64,000 nucleotides of DNA from Neodothiora populina (lineage: Eukaryota): assembly GCF_041146345.1 (NCBI RefSeq), contig NW_027191404.1, positions 1,054,001 through 1,118,000 on the forward strand, read 5' to 3'. The notes under the pieces are model-generated. The model worked only from the letters and a program-made list of their open reading frames with translations. It was not told where the DNA came from and made no database searches. The position numbers were made by a program, and so were the translations under genes. Within the stretch, counting starts at the first letter, position 1, and every line of letters begins with the position of its first letter. This document shows positions 1-11,038 of this stretch, piece after piece.

Positions 1-1161
1 ATAGCTACCGCGCGATTGTGAGGCATTCTCCCTGGTGGGATACGAAATCTGTAGGATCATGCCTCGAGATACCTCACGAACCCTAATCCTATCATCTGCT
101 CCATTGTCGAACAGGGACACAAGTTTCTGAGACCTGTGTTGCCTGTCTACTGCTTTCTGGTAGATTCTGATCTCATCTTTCAAGAGTTCGGGGAAGTCAA
201 TTAACTCGCGCAATCGTGCGTAATGCTGAGAAGCGAAATTCAGAGCCTGACCATTACTCAAGTCTTTAAACATGTTTCGTTTGCCACCGAGAATCCATAT
301 GATCTTGCCCGTTCTGCCATCGATATATGACAGAGTGTTGGTGTACCGGGCTGAGACAAAGTAATTTCCAAGGTCGTCCTTCTGTATGCTGTTAAGGTGA
401 AACCAGTCCCATGCAGCTTGGCTACCTCTACCATGGGTTCCAATACTGCTATAAGTCTCGTCAAGTGAGTGATGATCCGACGCGCGCCATTCAAACAGCA
501 AGTGGTTGGTCTCGAGATCAACTTCCTGAAACAGGCAGTCCCAGATCCAGATCCTCTTCCCGTAAGCCTTGATTGCGGTGATCTGATAGATAGAAAAAAG
601 GGCTGTACCTTCCAGTGTAATAGTAAGCTCGTGAAGGTCTGCATGCAACCCATTCACCGGTTCCAATCTGGCCACCTCTTGGTAACTCGAGTTTAACTAC
701 GGTCACGTTAGCATTTCTCGATACTATGTTGACTGTCGGCTTACCATGGAATAGTAGCCTTCGCCGTGACCACCAACAGTGTCGTCACCAACCCAAAATG
801 TTAGGTGTTTCTGCCCTCGGTACTGCTGTACTTTGAGGTTGTAAGGTTGGTCGTGACCAATGTCGAGAGCCCATATCAGGTGCCCCTTGTCGTCCAGAAT
901 CATAGGGCCCAGCGTTGACACAGGCTCTCCTCGAAGGGTGACGAAGATATAATGGTCGTCGTAGCATGCCGGTGTGTTGACAATTCTTCGCACCACAGGC
1001 GAAGTTAGATCGCTTGTTCTGTACGAACGGTAAGGATACTCTCCATAGTCCTCCTCCCAAGCTCGACCGTCGTCAGGGTCGAAGTTGTCGCCAACATCGT
1101 CACCTTTGACATAGAGCAGAGTAAAGAGAAGATAGAGAAGGACGCATCCTATGCGCTTCAT
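1..1161 (-). CDS. Arylsulfotransferase (ASST)-family secreted protein, 3' end runs off the window
   Basis: ATG at 1161, signal peptide MKRIGCVLLYLLFTLLYVKG. One GT-AG intron (donor 744, GCTAAC branch point). Exon 2, missed by the ORF track, is open to base 1 and carries ADLHEL, FQEVDLET, FEWRASDH, WDWFHLNSIQKD, WILGGK, SQH and SLFDNG, motifs typical of fungal ASST-domain proteins. Confidence 0.85.
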
Positions 1162-2776
1162 TGACAACAGTACTCCACTAATGTCGACAGGCCGGACAAA
1201 TCACTCCAGGCGACAGATGGGTACACTTGAAACCCACACCACGGCTTCCGCTAGCTCAGAAGCATAACTGATCGGAAGCGAGGATGTCACGTCAAGTTGC
1301 GTATATCGCGTATGTCGCTTGTGCCGGTCGATAACCAGAAAAGTGAGAAGAGATAGGGAGGGTAAAGCGATTGAAAGAGGCTACAAGAGATTGGACCACC
1401 TTGTGTTTTGTATATTTAGGGAGTGATGAACTTGCGCATAATGGAAAGACCTATATAATGCTTACCTCGACCGGGGGCACTCAGACCATGCAACTAAACT
1501 TTGACAATACAGTAATGCAGACATAAGCTGACGGGGCCCCACAACATACCGAAGCGTTCATGTGTAGTTAAACAAAAATCGGGCGTTTAGTTGCAACACG
1601 CAGATCCGACATCAGCAATAGGCGATAAGAACGAGACGGCTGTGAGCCTTTGATTTACACACAACGGTATTGGCCTTTCGGATGTAAGCAGCTGCAGACG
1701 GCCGTCATGTTATGTTGCACGAGTGTATAAGTATAGCAGTCCCATGCACGGTCGTGTAGAGTCGATCATTGAGTGTCTGTAGCTTGGCCAGGGGCTTCAT
1801 ATATGGTCAAAGTGCAGCCAACAGTGTCCGCGGGTGGGCGTGAGTGCTGTCAATGCCCCGATAGAAGGATGATAGGTCGGCACTAGATTTATGAGCCTTG
1901 ACTACGAAGGTGACTTGTACTGCACACCATAATTCAAGGATGTGTCCGACGAGAACGACGAATCTTCGCGACTGCGGAGAGTCCCACCAGCGACGCCCGA
2001 GCATTATTTGTAACATAACATAAGGTGCATGAGGCCACAGGATGCATGCGTCGGCTTCGATATGCCATCGGGTACTCTCGAAATATTGGTGGAGTGATAG
2101 TAGATATTGGTGAAGAGCCAACCCAGTGACCGCGAGAGGACTGAAGTGTTCGTCAAGTTATCGGTGGAGTGTCAGTAGAGTGTTGATGGAGTAGTACAAT
2201 CCAATAATAAAGTCTAGATATCTTCGGATTGCTTGAATCTCGGTAAATCATAGCCCACTTTCCGCGGCATTCAAGACAGGCCCCTCGTCTACGTAGACGC
2301 AGTAAGGTCGATGCAGCACAGTCAAGCCCAAGTGATGATGTTAACAGGACAGATTAGCAGCACAAAGCTCGACTTACAGCAACATATGGCTGCACACAAC
2401 CAGGCAAAATAATGTGCAAGATGATGTATCAGTAGCTGCATTCACTTCGGGAAATTGACGTGTGATTGCTTACACTTCATGATTGTAGGGACACGTGCTC
2501 TCAACTGCTTCACATCTTACTACGGCTGCGAGGGTCAGGTTGTCCGGTTAAGAAGTAAACACTTTCGCGGGCTCTTGTACTATTAAACCATGTTAGTACA
2601 TCTTACACCTCCATGTGCTAGGAGAACCGCTAGTTAGCGCTTAGAACCACGGTTTAATGACATGCATTTTGAGAACATTATGACGTTACAAAGATTAGAT
2701 ATAGTCGGTAGAAACAAAAACAACCTTATTCCCTTGGGTATATGAGCCAAACGCCACCTGCACCTATGCTAATAAC

Positions 2777-3847
2777 CTAGATGTGCTGTCCATGCGTGTT
2801 CTTTGCTTGGGGTACAGCGCCCATGTCCAATGCTTTGTAGAAACCTTCCATCGTCCACCGTAAGGAAGTGTAGTATGGCTGAAGGTTTGGATCCATATGT
2901 GCATGCCACCATTTATCATGCATACTTGCGACATTGCCCTCCTTGTCAATGACGGTAGGAAATCTTATGTTCCAAGCCGAATTCATATGCTGCCATGGCA
3001 TGGATCCATTCTGGCGGTGTGCATGGTTCATCAAATTTTGCTCAGGATATTGAGGGTCGAAACTGCCCTTGTGCTCCATCAAGTATCTGTAGTAATCGAA
3101 CACCGCCTGGGAAGGAGAGAAGACGAAAAAACCGGCATTGAAGTAATTGGAATCCTTAAAATCGTTGTTCTTCACAGTTGGTGGATATGCATGGAGCGGG
3201 TTTGTCTCCGCGATAGAGGCCAGGAGATATTCGGACGGTATAGGTTCGTCGGTCTCGAAGGTGCTGTTACTCTTACGGGGTCTGGTCGCTGCATCGTAGA
3301 AAAGGCCGTCCATACACCTATTGAGGATCATATCTCCGTCCAGAAAGGCCACGCGAGAGTACTGGGTGAGCTCCCAGGCTCTCAGCTTTGTCATGACGTC
3401 CCTCCACTCTGGCATTTCGCCGACAATCCATCCCTGCTCATCCCGGAGATATTCAACCACGATAACAGTAGCACCATCTTTTGACAATCTCTCCCGCTTG
3501 CTCTCGGGAACGTCTTCAGTGACGAGCACCACGAATGGAATATCCGCCTTCGTTCGAGTCTCCGGCGCATGGAGGAGTTGATAGCCTAGTAAACGTGTAG
3601 CCACGAAGTAATGGTCGTGATCGGGATTCGGGTCTGACTTGTTGACCATGGTGCCAGTGAGAAAAGTCATGTAAGCAAGACCTTCGGCGTTTCCACCGGA
3701 CTCGATCGCTTGATGACCAGGGAGATAACCAGCAGCAAGATCCTTGATCCGCTGCGGCTCCACCATTTGTTGCGCGCCAACCCAGAAGAGAATACACGCA
3801 GTCACAACAGCGCCTGCAATGGCAAGGCGAATTTGAAGGGTAGTCAT
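2777..3847 (-). CDS. Glycosyltransferase family 8 protein, type II membrane
   Basis: First ATG at 3847 followed by an N-terminal TM helix. Motifs MTKLRAWELTQYSRVAFLDGD (DxD), YFNAGFFVFSP, PEQNLMN and HDKWW. Intronless. Confidence 0.88.
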   Translation of the reverse strand: MTTLQIRLAIAGAVVTACILFWVGAQQMVEPQRIKDLAAGYLPGHQAIESGGNAEGLAYMTFLTGTMVNKSDPNPDHDHYFVATRLLGYQLLHAPETRTKADIPFVVLVTEDVPESKRERLSKDGATVIVVEYLRDEQGWIVGEMPEWRDVMTKLRAWELTQYSRVAFLDGDMILNRCMDGLFYDAATRPRKSNSTFETDEPIPSEYLLASIAETNPLHAYPPTVKNNDFKDSNYFNAGFFVFSPSQAVFDYYRYLMEHKGSFDPQYPEQNLMNHAHRQNGSMPWQHMNSAWNIRFPTVIDKEGNVASMHDKWWHAHMDPNLQPYYTSLRWTMEGFYKALDMGAVPQAKNTHGQHI

Positions 3848-3851
3848 GGTT

Positions 3852-3872
3852 GCCAGTGCCAGTGCCAGTGCC
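3852..3872 (+). repeat. Hexamer repeat (GCCAGT)x3.5 just upstream of the GT8 start codon
   Basis: gccagtgccagtgccagtgcc, adjoining a pyrimidine-rich leader on the minus strand. Confidence 0.75.
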
Positions 3873-6490
3873 GGTAGAAGAGGGAAGAGGGAAAAGGGAA
3901 GAGAGATGAGAACCGCCCTGCTGCCAGGACAGACTGAAATGTAGGGGCGGTGTCGGAATGTTATTGTACACCGGTGGAGAAGCAAGGGAGCATAGAGTTG
4001 TCAAGGACAAAAGGAGAAATGCCACCCCACACCCGTGCGAGTCGATGGCGACCTACCAAATGCGTTTTGTTTTCAAGGGAGTTGTAAGAAATATCAAACA
4101 CTGTAGAAGGGGGGTGGCATCTGTGTATATAACGGGCGCACCGTTGTGACCTTGCTGGCGGAAGGACATGAAAGGAGTGGATGTTCCTCGCCATATGGTT
4201 GGCAATGATACCATCCAACTCCTTCTTTGGTCTACGCTAGAATGAAAGACTGATGCTAGACGCAAGGAAGATATCGCGTAAACGGTCAAGCTACAGTAGC
4301 ATTGCCTGGCCTTGGGCTTTTGTGGCTGATGGGACGGGTCAGCAAGAACCTTGGCCAGTCATTCCACGATCTAGATATATTGCACGTAAGATCCATCGCA
4401 ATAGCTTCATAAGACCAGTATTTTCGTCAAAGTGATGCTTGGAGAATTTCCTGTCCAAACATGATCAGCTCGTTCTCGGTCGCAAATGTGAAAGATGTGC
4501 GTCCTTCCAATTCATGTTTACTCGGTGAGACACAGATGCGTGGTGTTCCGGAGATGCCCATGTAGAAAGCTTAGCGACTTTGCAAACCGGGTTGTGTTAG
4601 GCTTTTTTTGCAATCTAAAATTGTACATTAGTCGAACTCAATTTTTTTCAGACAGCTCCTCCCCCCAATTGATTCGTAGCAGTCAATGCTTATCGTGATC
4701 CTTATCACAGCGCTGCGCCTTACAGGCGATTACAGCATTGTGGGTGACTTCAGCCTCGTGGGCGATCTCAGCTCGGTATAGATACTGTATCTCTTTTTGA
4801 GACAAGACCTCTGATAGACGATCTATTCCTATCCAAAATACCTGACAGCATGCCAATAACTCTGACATAACGAGGTACTGTTACATCTTACAGTCTTCAG
4901 GACGATGTCACGCCCTCGAACCTCGAAGCCATGTCGTAAAAGCGGGATGCCTATTCTTGGTCCTTCGCTGCTTACTCTCTTCAACATCTATACGAGGTCC
5001 TGTACTGTACTGTGCCTTATGTTTTCACTTTACATGTGGTCTAAGCCTTCTTTTCACCAGCTTTGACCAGTGCAAAGTAAGCGGCTGCCCTCTTGAAGCT
5101 TTGCAGTGGTCTTTTGTATAGATCTCTCTTCTCAAAATATCAAGCTAATTGGCTAATCATCATGAGATCGAGATCCTTACCTACGGATCCTTTTACTGTC
5201 CCAAAGGAGCCTCTTCTATTCTAGGATGCATCGATCATCATCGATAGTATTGGCACGCTGGTACATAGCACTTAAAGGCCATGTTCTGTACCATGAAGCG
5301 TGCAACATCGTCAAGAAGCACAACCTCCTACTTGGACACTTACTCTCTACTACTATAATGCAGCTGCGGCACAGGATGGTTAATAGTTAACTCCCGCGTA
5401 CATGCCAGAATCGTGCCTTTCGAGTCCACTACACGCCCCGGGAGGTAGGTGCCGGACCGACAACCCCTTTGCAGCATGTCTCTCCATCCTTATCGCTGCC
5501 AGGTAATCATAGAGCATCTCTGGGATTTTCAGATGTCCAATGTGCTCGAACGATACCGTCATCCGGTCGTTGCATCCGAATCGAGCAGCCCTTGTCAACG
5601 ATTCTAGGGGGTTAGCGATTGATCCGAGAACAAGCCGCACCGATTTGTGCGACACTACATGAACACCTGCAACCTGCGGAGGGATTGACAAGTGAACTTT
5701 ACGCTCTGAGATTCTTGCCTAGGAAGGGCGATACAAGATGATCAAGCTCTGTTCGCTCCGGCAAGTCGATCTGCATTTATGTTGCAAGCAAATTGATACT
5801 GGTAGGTGAATGCTCATGCAATCGAGGACGTACTTACCTTAAGCGTATGGGATTCACACTTTCAGTCTGACTCCAACCATGAAGCAAAGAAAACACGAAT
5901 GACTGACGCAACCGACGGAATCAATCATCTTTGCATGACTACATCGAAGTGAAAATGCCGACGTAAGTCGAGTCATACCGAGAACGTTTTCCACCCTTGG
6001 CAAGACCGGCTATATGATGACAGAACGCATAGAGAAGTGGGTAAGGTAAGGTGTGGTAAGTTGGTTGGGAGACCACAGCGGCGAGACACTGGTCATGAAA
6101 GAACTGCATGAAAGGTGGAGCCTGGAGCAAGCACTGTGTGGAGCACTAAGGCTTGTGGCACATGATGGTGATTGCACAATCAGATTTAGCACGGGAGGCG
6201 TGATCGATCTGAAAGAGAGAAAGCCGATGCAAAGGGGACTTGATGCATTTGCCGGCTATGGGTCCCCTCGATCTGTGACATCACCACGACGATGTGGGGA
6301 AGTCGTGAAGCAATTGCTCTGGTTACTTTACTTGATCAAAACATATCGTCAGACGACCTTTCCTCTTCTCCTTCCCACTTTTCATTTCAAATCTACTGGT
6401 GAGTATCTTCCATTTCTCAGACGTTCTCAACTTTCATCTGCAATTTTTTCTGTCTTCATCTTTGGGGGGGCGAGTCGCGAATCTTCAATC

Positions 6491-7322
6491 ATGTCAATCG
6501 CAAATCCTCTTCGCCGCCAGCTTCTACCCCGCCTCACCAATCGTTCGCTCGCCAACACAACACCAGTACTTACCTCTCTTTCCAGAAAACACTTTCTTCA
6601 GAGTTCATCTACAAGTTTTAGATTACTTTCCACATCAACTCCCAAGATGTCTTTCTCCAACGCAGACACCGGCAACAAGGCCGCCGACCCTTACACTGAG
6701 AAGAACCTCGAGCACCCCGACACCCTCAAGGAGAAGGTCGGAGACCTCATTGCATTTGTTGACAAGTGCAAGTTCTGCATGATGACTACTCGCATCGCTG
6801 AGAGTGGTTTGCTCGTCTCTCGTTGCATGGCATTAGCCGCTAAGGTAAAGAGCTCCTTCGCCCTTGCTTGGGTTCATTGGTGGCTAACACCTATTCTAGG
6901 AGGGCAACGGCATTGACCTCATCTTCCACACAAACTCTGAGTCAGGCAAGACCGACGATTTGGAGGGAGACTCAGACATCAACATCTCCTTCATCAACCC
7001 CTCTGGCGAGTGGGCTTCCATCTCCGGAAAGGCTAGCCTCGAGACCGACAGAGAGAAGGTCAGAAAGTACTACTCCCCAGCACTCAAGGCCTGGCTCGGT
7101 GACCTCGGCGACGGCAAGCACGACGGCGGTCCTGAGGATCCTCGCATCATGCTCATCAAGGTCAACGCCAAGACTGCTCAGTACGCCATCTCAAGAAGAA
7201 CTGCAGTCGGTGGTCTTGTCGAGTTTGCCAAGGGTGTCGCCACTGGCGAGGCTGCACAGGTCAACAAGCTCAGACACCTTGACGAGAAGGAGATCTTGCA
7301 ATGGAGATCCAGCTCTCAGTAG
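6491..7322 (+). CDS. bli-3: Bli-3-like blue-light-inducible protein (FMN-binding split barrel, pyridoxamine-phosphate-oxidase-like)
   Basis: FSNADTGNKAADPY, KFCMMTTR, SRCMALAA, GIDLIFHTNSESGKTDD, YSPALKAWLGDLGDG and DPRI match the Neurospora BLI-3 family. Intron 6845-6899. Two in-frame ATGs (6491, 6647). Confidence 0.92.
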
Positions 7323-7888
7323 GAGCAGAACATTTGTTTGCATGAGTCACGCATAAACACGAGCCTTTTGTAATGTCGCTTTATATCAGTCATGATAATG
7401 AGCATAGCGAAAATGAATTATACATTCTGTTGATCTTCTTTTCCAATGCACTTGATACAAGGCAACTTCTGGCCATGTGAGTGCTTCAGTTTTATTTGTA
7501 ACCGGGCTATCGCTGTACGTGTCCAAAGAGCTGCAGAGTTGCTAGGCTCAAACCCATGTGCTGATATCTATATTGTGACCTTAACATCTGCGCAGCCACG
7601 ACTGTTTCGTCTCTGGAAATCTGTTAGTCTGTAAAATTCTGTCTCTTGGTAAGTCACTTACTCTACAATTGTGTGTAAAGAATGTCGGTGCTCGAACGGT
7701 AAATTTACTTTCCGTAAGCGTGTACTTCCGTCGGGACGTCTGCGTGAGGAGGTTTATAGTGGATACACCACAGCAACCCGTCATAACGCACGCGCCAGAC
7801 CAACGATATGATAGATATCTTGTCCCCTCTAGGGTCAGAGAGAGCAAGAGAGAGAATTGCGTGATTGAAACAACATCCGTCATGTTCC

Positions 7889-8848
7889 TCAACTCTTAGC
7901 CTTCCGAGAGAACATGCCCACCAAATCACCCGTCTTCTTCGGCGCCAACCTGAGCGCCTCGAACCTCGACTCAGCGGCTCTCTTGCCCAGCCTCACGCTC
8001 TCCATAACCCACTCGACGGTGACAAACCGCACACTGTTGTTGCCCACTTTGCTCGCGATTTCCTTTTGGATCTTGGTCGCTGCTAGACCGCCTCCTGAGC
8101 CGCTTTCTGTTGCAGAGATGGTATTGCTGTTGTTGTTGGCGTTTGGTCGACCTAGGATGACGTGCGTGACTGTGCGACGGCCTAGCGCGATGGATATCCT
8201 GGCGCCGTGGGATACGAGGAGGGATTTCAGCTTGTGGTCGGAGATTGTGGGTGCTGTGCTGCCGTTGATGTAGATTGTGAGGTTCTTGAAGATTTGAGGG
8301 ATGGGGTTGGAGGGGGGATTTGTTGTTGTTGTTGTTATTGAGTCTGTTGTTGCGGAGGCGTGGTTGGGTCTTTCTTCTCCTTCGAGGTATATCATGTCGT
8401 TGCTGTCGTTGTCATTGTGGAGTGGTGCAATTGTAGTATCCGCTCTGTCGTTTTCTTTCCTCACTTCTCTCGCGATCCCGCCTTTCTTGACCCCAAAGGC
8501 CTCGATGAGACTCATTTGACCGCGACCCCTCAGTCCACTGGCTCCTCTCACCCACCCACCGTTCTCCGTCCTGCCATCACTCCCGAACCCCTCGCTGCCT
8601 GCGCCCACGGTGTCGGCAATCCGTTGCCCGCCTCCCGCACCCGAGGAGAACTGCACGCCGAGCTTCATACTCCGTGAGTTGCGCCATGATGTCGAGCCCG
8701 CTAGACGGTTCTCTGCGCGCTGGTGGCCCGTGGATGATGAGTTCCAGGCGTCGAAGTGAGCGCCAAGGGTCGGTTTTACGGAAAGAGTCGGTTTGCTTGG
8801 AGTGTTGGCACTGGGTTGTTTAGAGGCGGAAAGTGGTGACTGTGGCAT
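7889..8848 (-). CDS. Single C-terminal BRCT-domain protein
   Basis: IFKNLTIYING...LKSLLVSHGA...VTHVI...VTVEWVMESVRLGKR is a BRCT signature. First ATG at 8848 (the track's start at 8902 is TTG). Low-complexity N-terminus. Confidence 0.82.
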   Translation of the reverse strand: MPQSPLSASKQPSANTPSKPTLSVKPTLGAHFDAWNSSSTGHQRAENRLAGSTSWRNSRSMKLGVQFSSGAGGGQRIADTVGAGSEGFGSDGRTENGGWVRGASGLRGRGQMSLIEAFGVKKGGIAREVRKENDRADTTIAPLHNDNDSNDMIYLEGEERPNHASATTDSITTTTTNPPSNPIPQIFKNLTIYINGSTAPTISDHKLKSLLVSHGARISIALGRRTVTHVILGRPNANNNSNTISATESGSGGGLAATKIQKEIASKVGNNSVRFVTVEWVMESVRLGKRAAESRFEALRLAPKKTGDLVGMFSRKAKS

Positions 8849-9344
8849 TTCTTCGCGGTCATCGAGTGTTTTGTGTTTTGCTTTAAGGAGACCCGATGGC
8901 AAGATATAAAGTCCAGGCCAGGTCTAGGGTGATAAGGCAATGTTCGGGTTATGGTTATGGTCAAGGATAGTGTTCGGGTTAGAGTTAAATCGAGACGAAA
9001 TGGTAGTATCAATGATTTGCGCCGGATTACAGCAGATCAGACAAGGACTGTAGAAGAAAGTACTGTAAAATATAGGACCGCTGTCTGTAGAGTCGTATGA
9101 ACATCCAATTAAATGACTTACTAGTGCGGAGGGTATACAAAATTGCACCGTTGACAGGAGGATGAGAGTCAATGACGAAGGACTTACCCGCGTGGTGATT
9201 TGCTCGCGAATTCACGTGATCAGAATTATCTAGCCCGATCGGGTAATTTATATCTCGACCACATTTTATAGTAACGGTGACGGTAAGGTAGCATGACGGA
9301 GAAAGAGAAGGGAAGTAATTGGTAGAATGACAAGATGAAAAAGT

Positions 9345-10458
9345 TTACGCACTAGCTTGGACAGCCTTTGGCAACTCATGCGGCGGGTCAGCTTGAGAGG
9401 CCACAGCAGCAGCAGCAGCAAGCTCTTTCTTCTTCGCCTCCAGCACTGCAAAGTTACGCTGCATAGCGTTCCTCGTGAACTCCTCACCGGTAACAGCAGG
9501 ATATTTCTTAGCAGGTCCCTGGATGACAGCATCCACACAGGGTTGATTGAAATAAGCAATGCTGTATCTGGGTCCGAACCAGTCCTTTTCTGGATCTGTA
9601 GGTGCTCGAACTCTGTGCAGCGTGCTCTTGAACCTGTCGTCACTCCAACTCATTAGTAAGTCACCGATGTTGCAAACGATGTCGCCCGCAGCAAAAGAGA
9701 CAGGCGTCCACACATCGCCGTGGCCGAATTTAGTCACAGACTCTCGACCAGGACAGATTTCGAGACCACTGAAACCAGGAGGTTGAAAGAGCAGGGTAAC
9801 GAGGTCCCAGTCAGCATGTGCGCCTGCTCGGAAATAGCCTTCAGGTACAGGTGCATCCTGATCGACGGCAAAGTAGTGCAGGAGACGCAACACAGTCTGG
9901 GCGTTCGGTCGACTAACGTCGTGCGCTTTGACGAAGTAATCATCCTCGAAGCCGAGACCACGAGCGAAGCAAATCATGAGCTTCTCGCTGACGCTTTGCG
10001 TTTTAGCCATGAAGGTTTTGGCCTTGTCCTTGAAGCCCGGGAGGGAGTCTTCTGAGACCCACTTGTCGACCATGGCTTCGCCAAATTGCATCTGACTGCA
10101 GATGACCACGTTAGCTAGGCAATTCAACAGCATTTCAGTGCATGATGAGTGAAACATACTATGATTCCTTCATATCAGCAGTCCCGGTCGAAGGCCTAAT
10201 CTGTGCATTCTTCTCCCATCCGACATTGTTTCTCGTGAACGGTACAGTACCCTTGATCTCATCCGGAAGCGCAAAGAACGTGGCAGACGTCTCGAACATG
10301 GCATCGATATCCGCAATACTGATTTCAGTATCTGTCAGGGCGAAGAAGCCATCTGTCTCCGCAGCTTTTACGAGTTCAGTTGTGATTTCATCGATGCGGT
10401 CGGGGAAGTCTCGCATTGAAATTCGAGGGATGGTGCGTTCCATGTACTCGGAAGCCAT
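9345..10458 (-). CDS. 2-oxoglutarate/Fe(II) dioxygenase (IPNS/DIOX_N-like)
   Basis: N-terminal IPRIS...GFF; HAD metal motif (GAHADWD), distal His (STLHRV) and RYS 2OG-binding motif. One intron near 10093-10159. Confidence 0.9.
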
Positions 10459-11038
10459 TTCGATCAACTCGGGGTAGATATACAGGAACGAAGAGGTGAA
10501 TGATCAATTTGCTTGGATATAGTAGTCCTGATCACGGGAATCAAGAGACACGAAGACAAAGATAGTTGCTGAAAGGTGAGGGAGCAGATTACTTGTCTAC
10601 TGATATATGCTGTGGTCAAGTCGGCGTACGTACGAATGTACATTGGAGAGCGCCGACATCCTGCTTTACATATCGAGTGTACAGCCGAATCAAAAGAGGC
10701 GGGACTCGTCCGAGCAAGCAACGGTCGTCGCCGATAGTTCATCCAAAGCGAAGAGCGAGGCCGAGTGACAACTGATAAGGATCTGATATAAGCTTGGTCA
10801 GATAGGCCAGGGTGCGGATTCGTTGTATGGGAGGGCAAGCGGCTTAGTCAGCATTGGTCTGTCAAACCCACCCTACGAGATCTACTGCGTTGGCGAAACA
10901 TGTATCATTAATTAGTGCCGCTTCTTGAGCAGACTATGTCATTTCAAACATAATTTACAATGTGATCATTTCATCTATATACGCTTTTCCAGAAAGATAG
11001 GTATCCTGTTCTACATCCAGCTCGGTAGCACAAATCGA

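Noticed and set aside
4400..5950. Short ORFs at 4683-4868 and 5380-5691 in a long spacer
   Set aside because: No motif support; cannot be distinguished from random ORFs.
8941..8986. Telomere-like GGGTTA words and an 11-nt direct repeat upstream of the BRCT gene
   Set aside because: Too short and degenerate to be an interstitial telomere tract.
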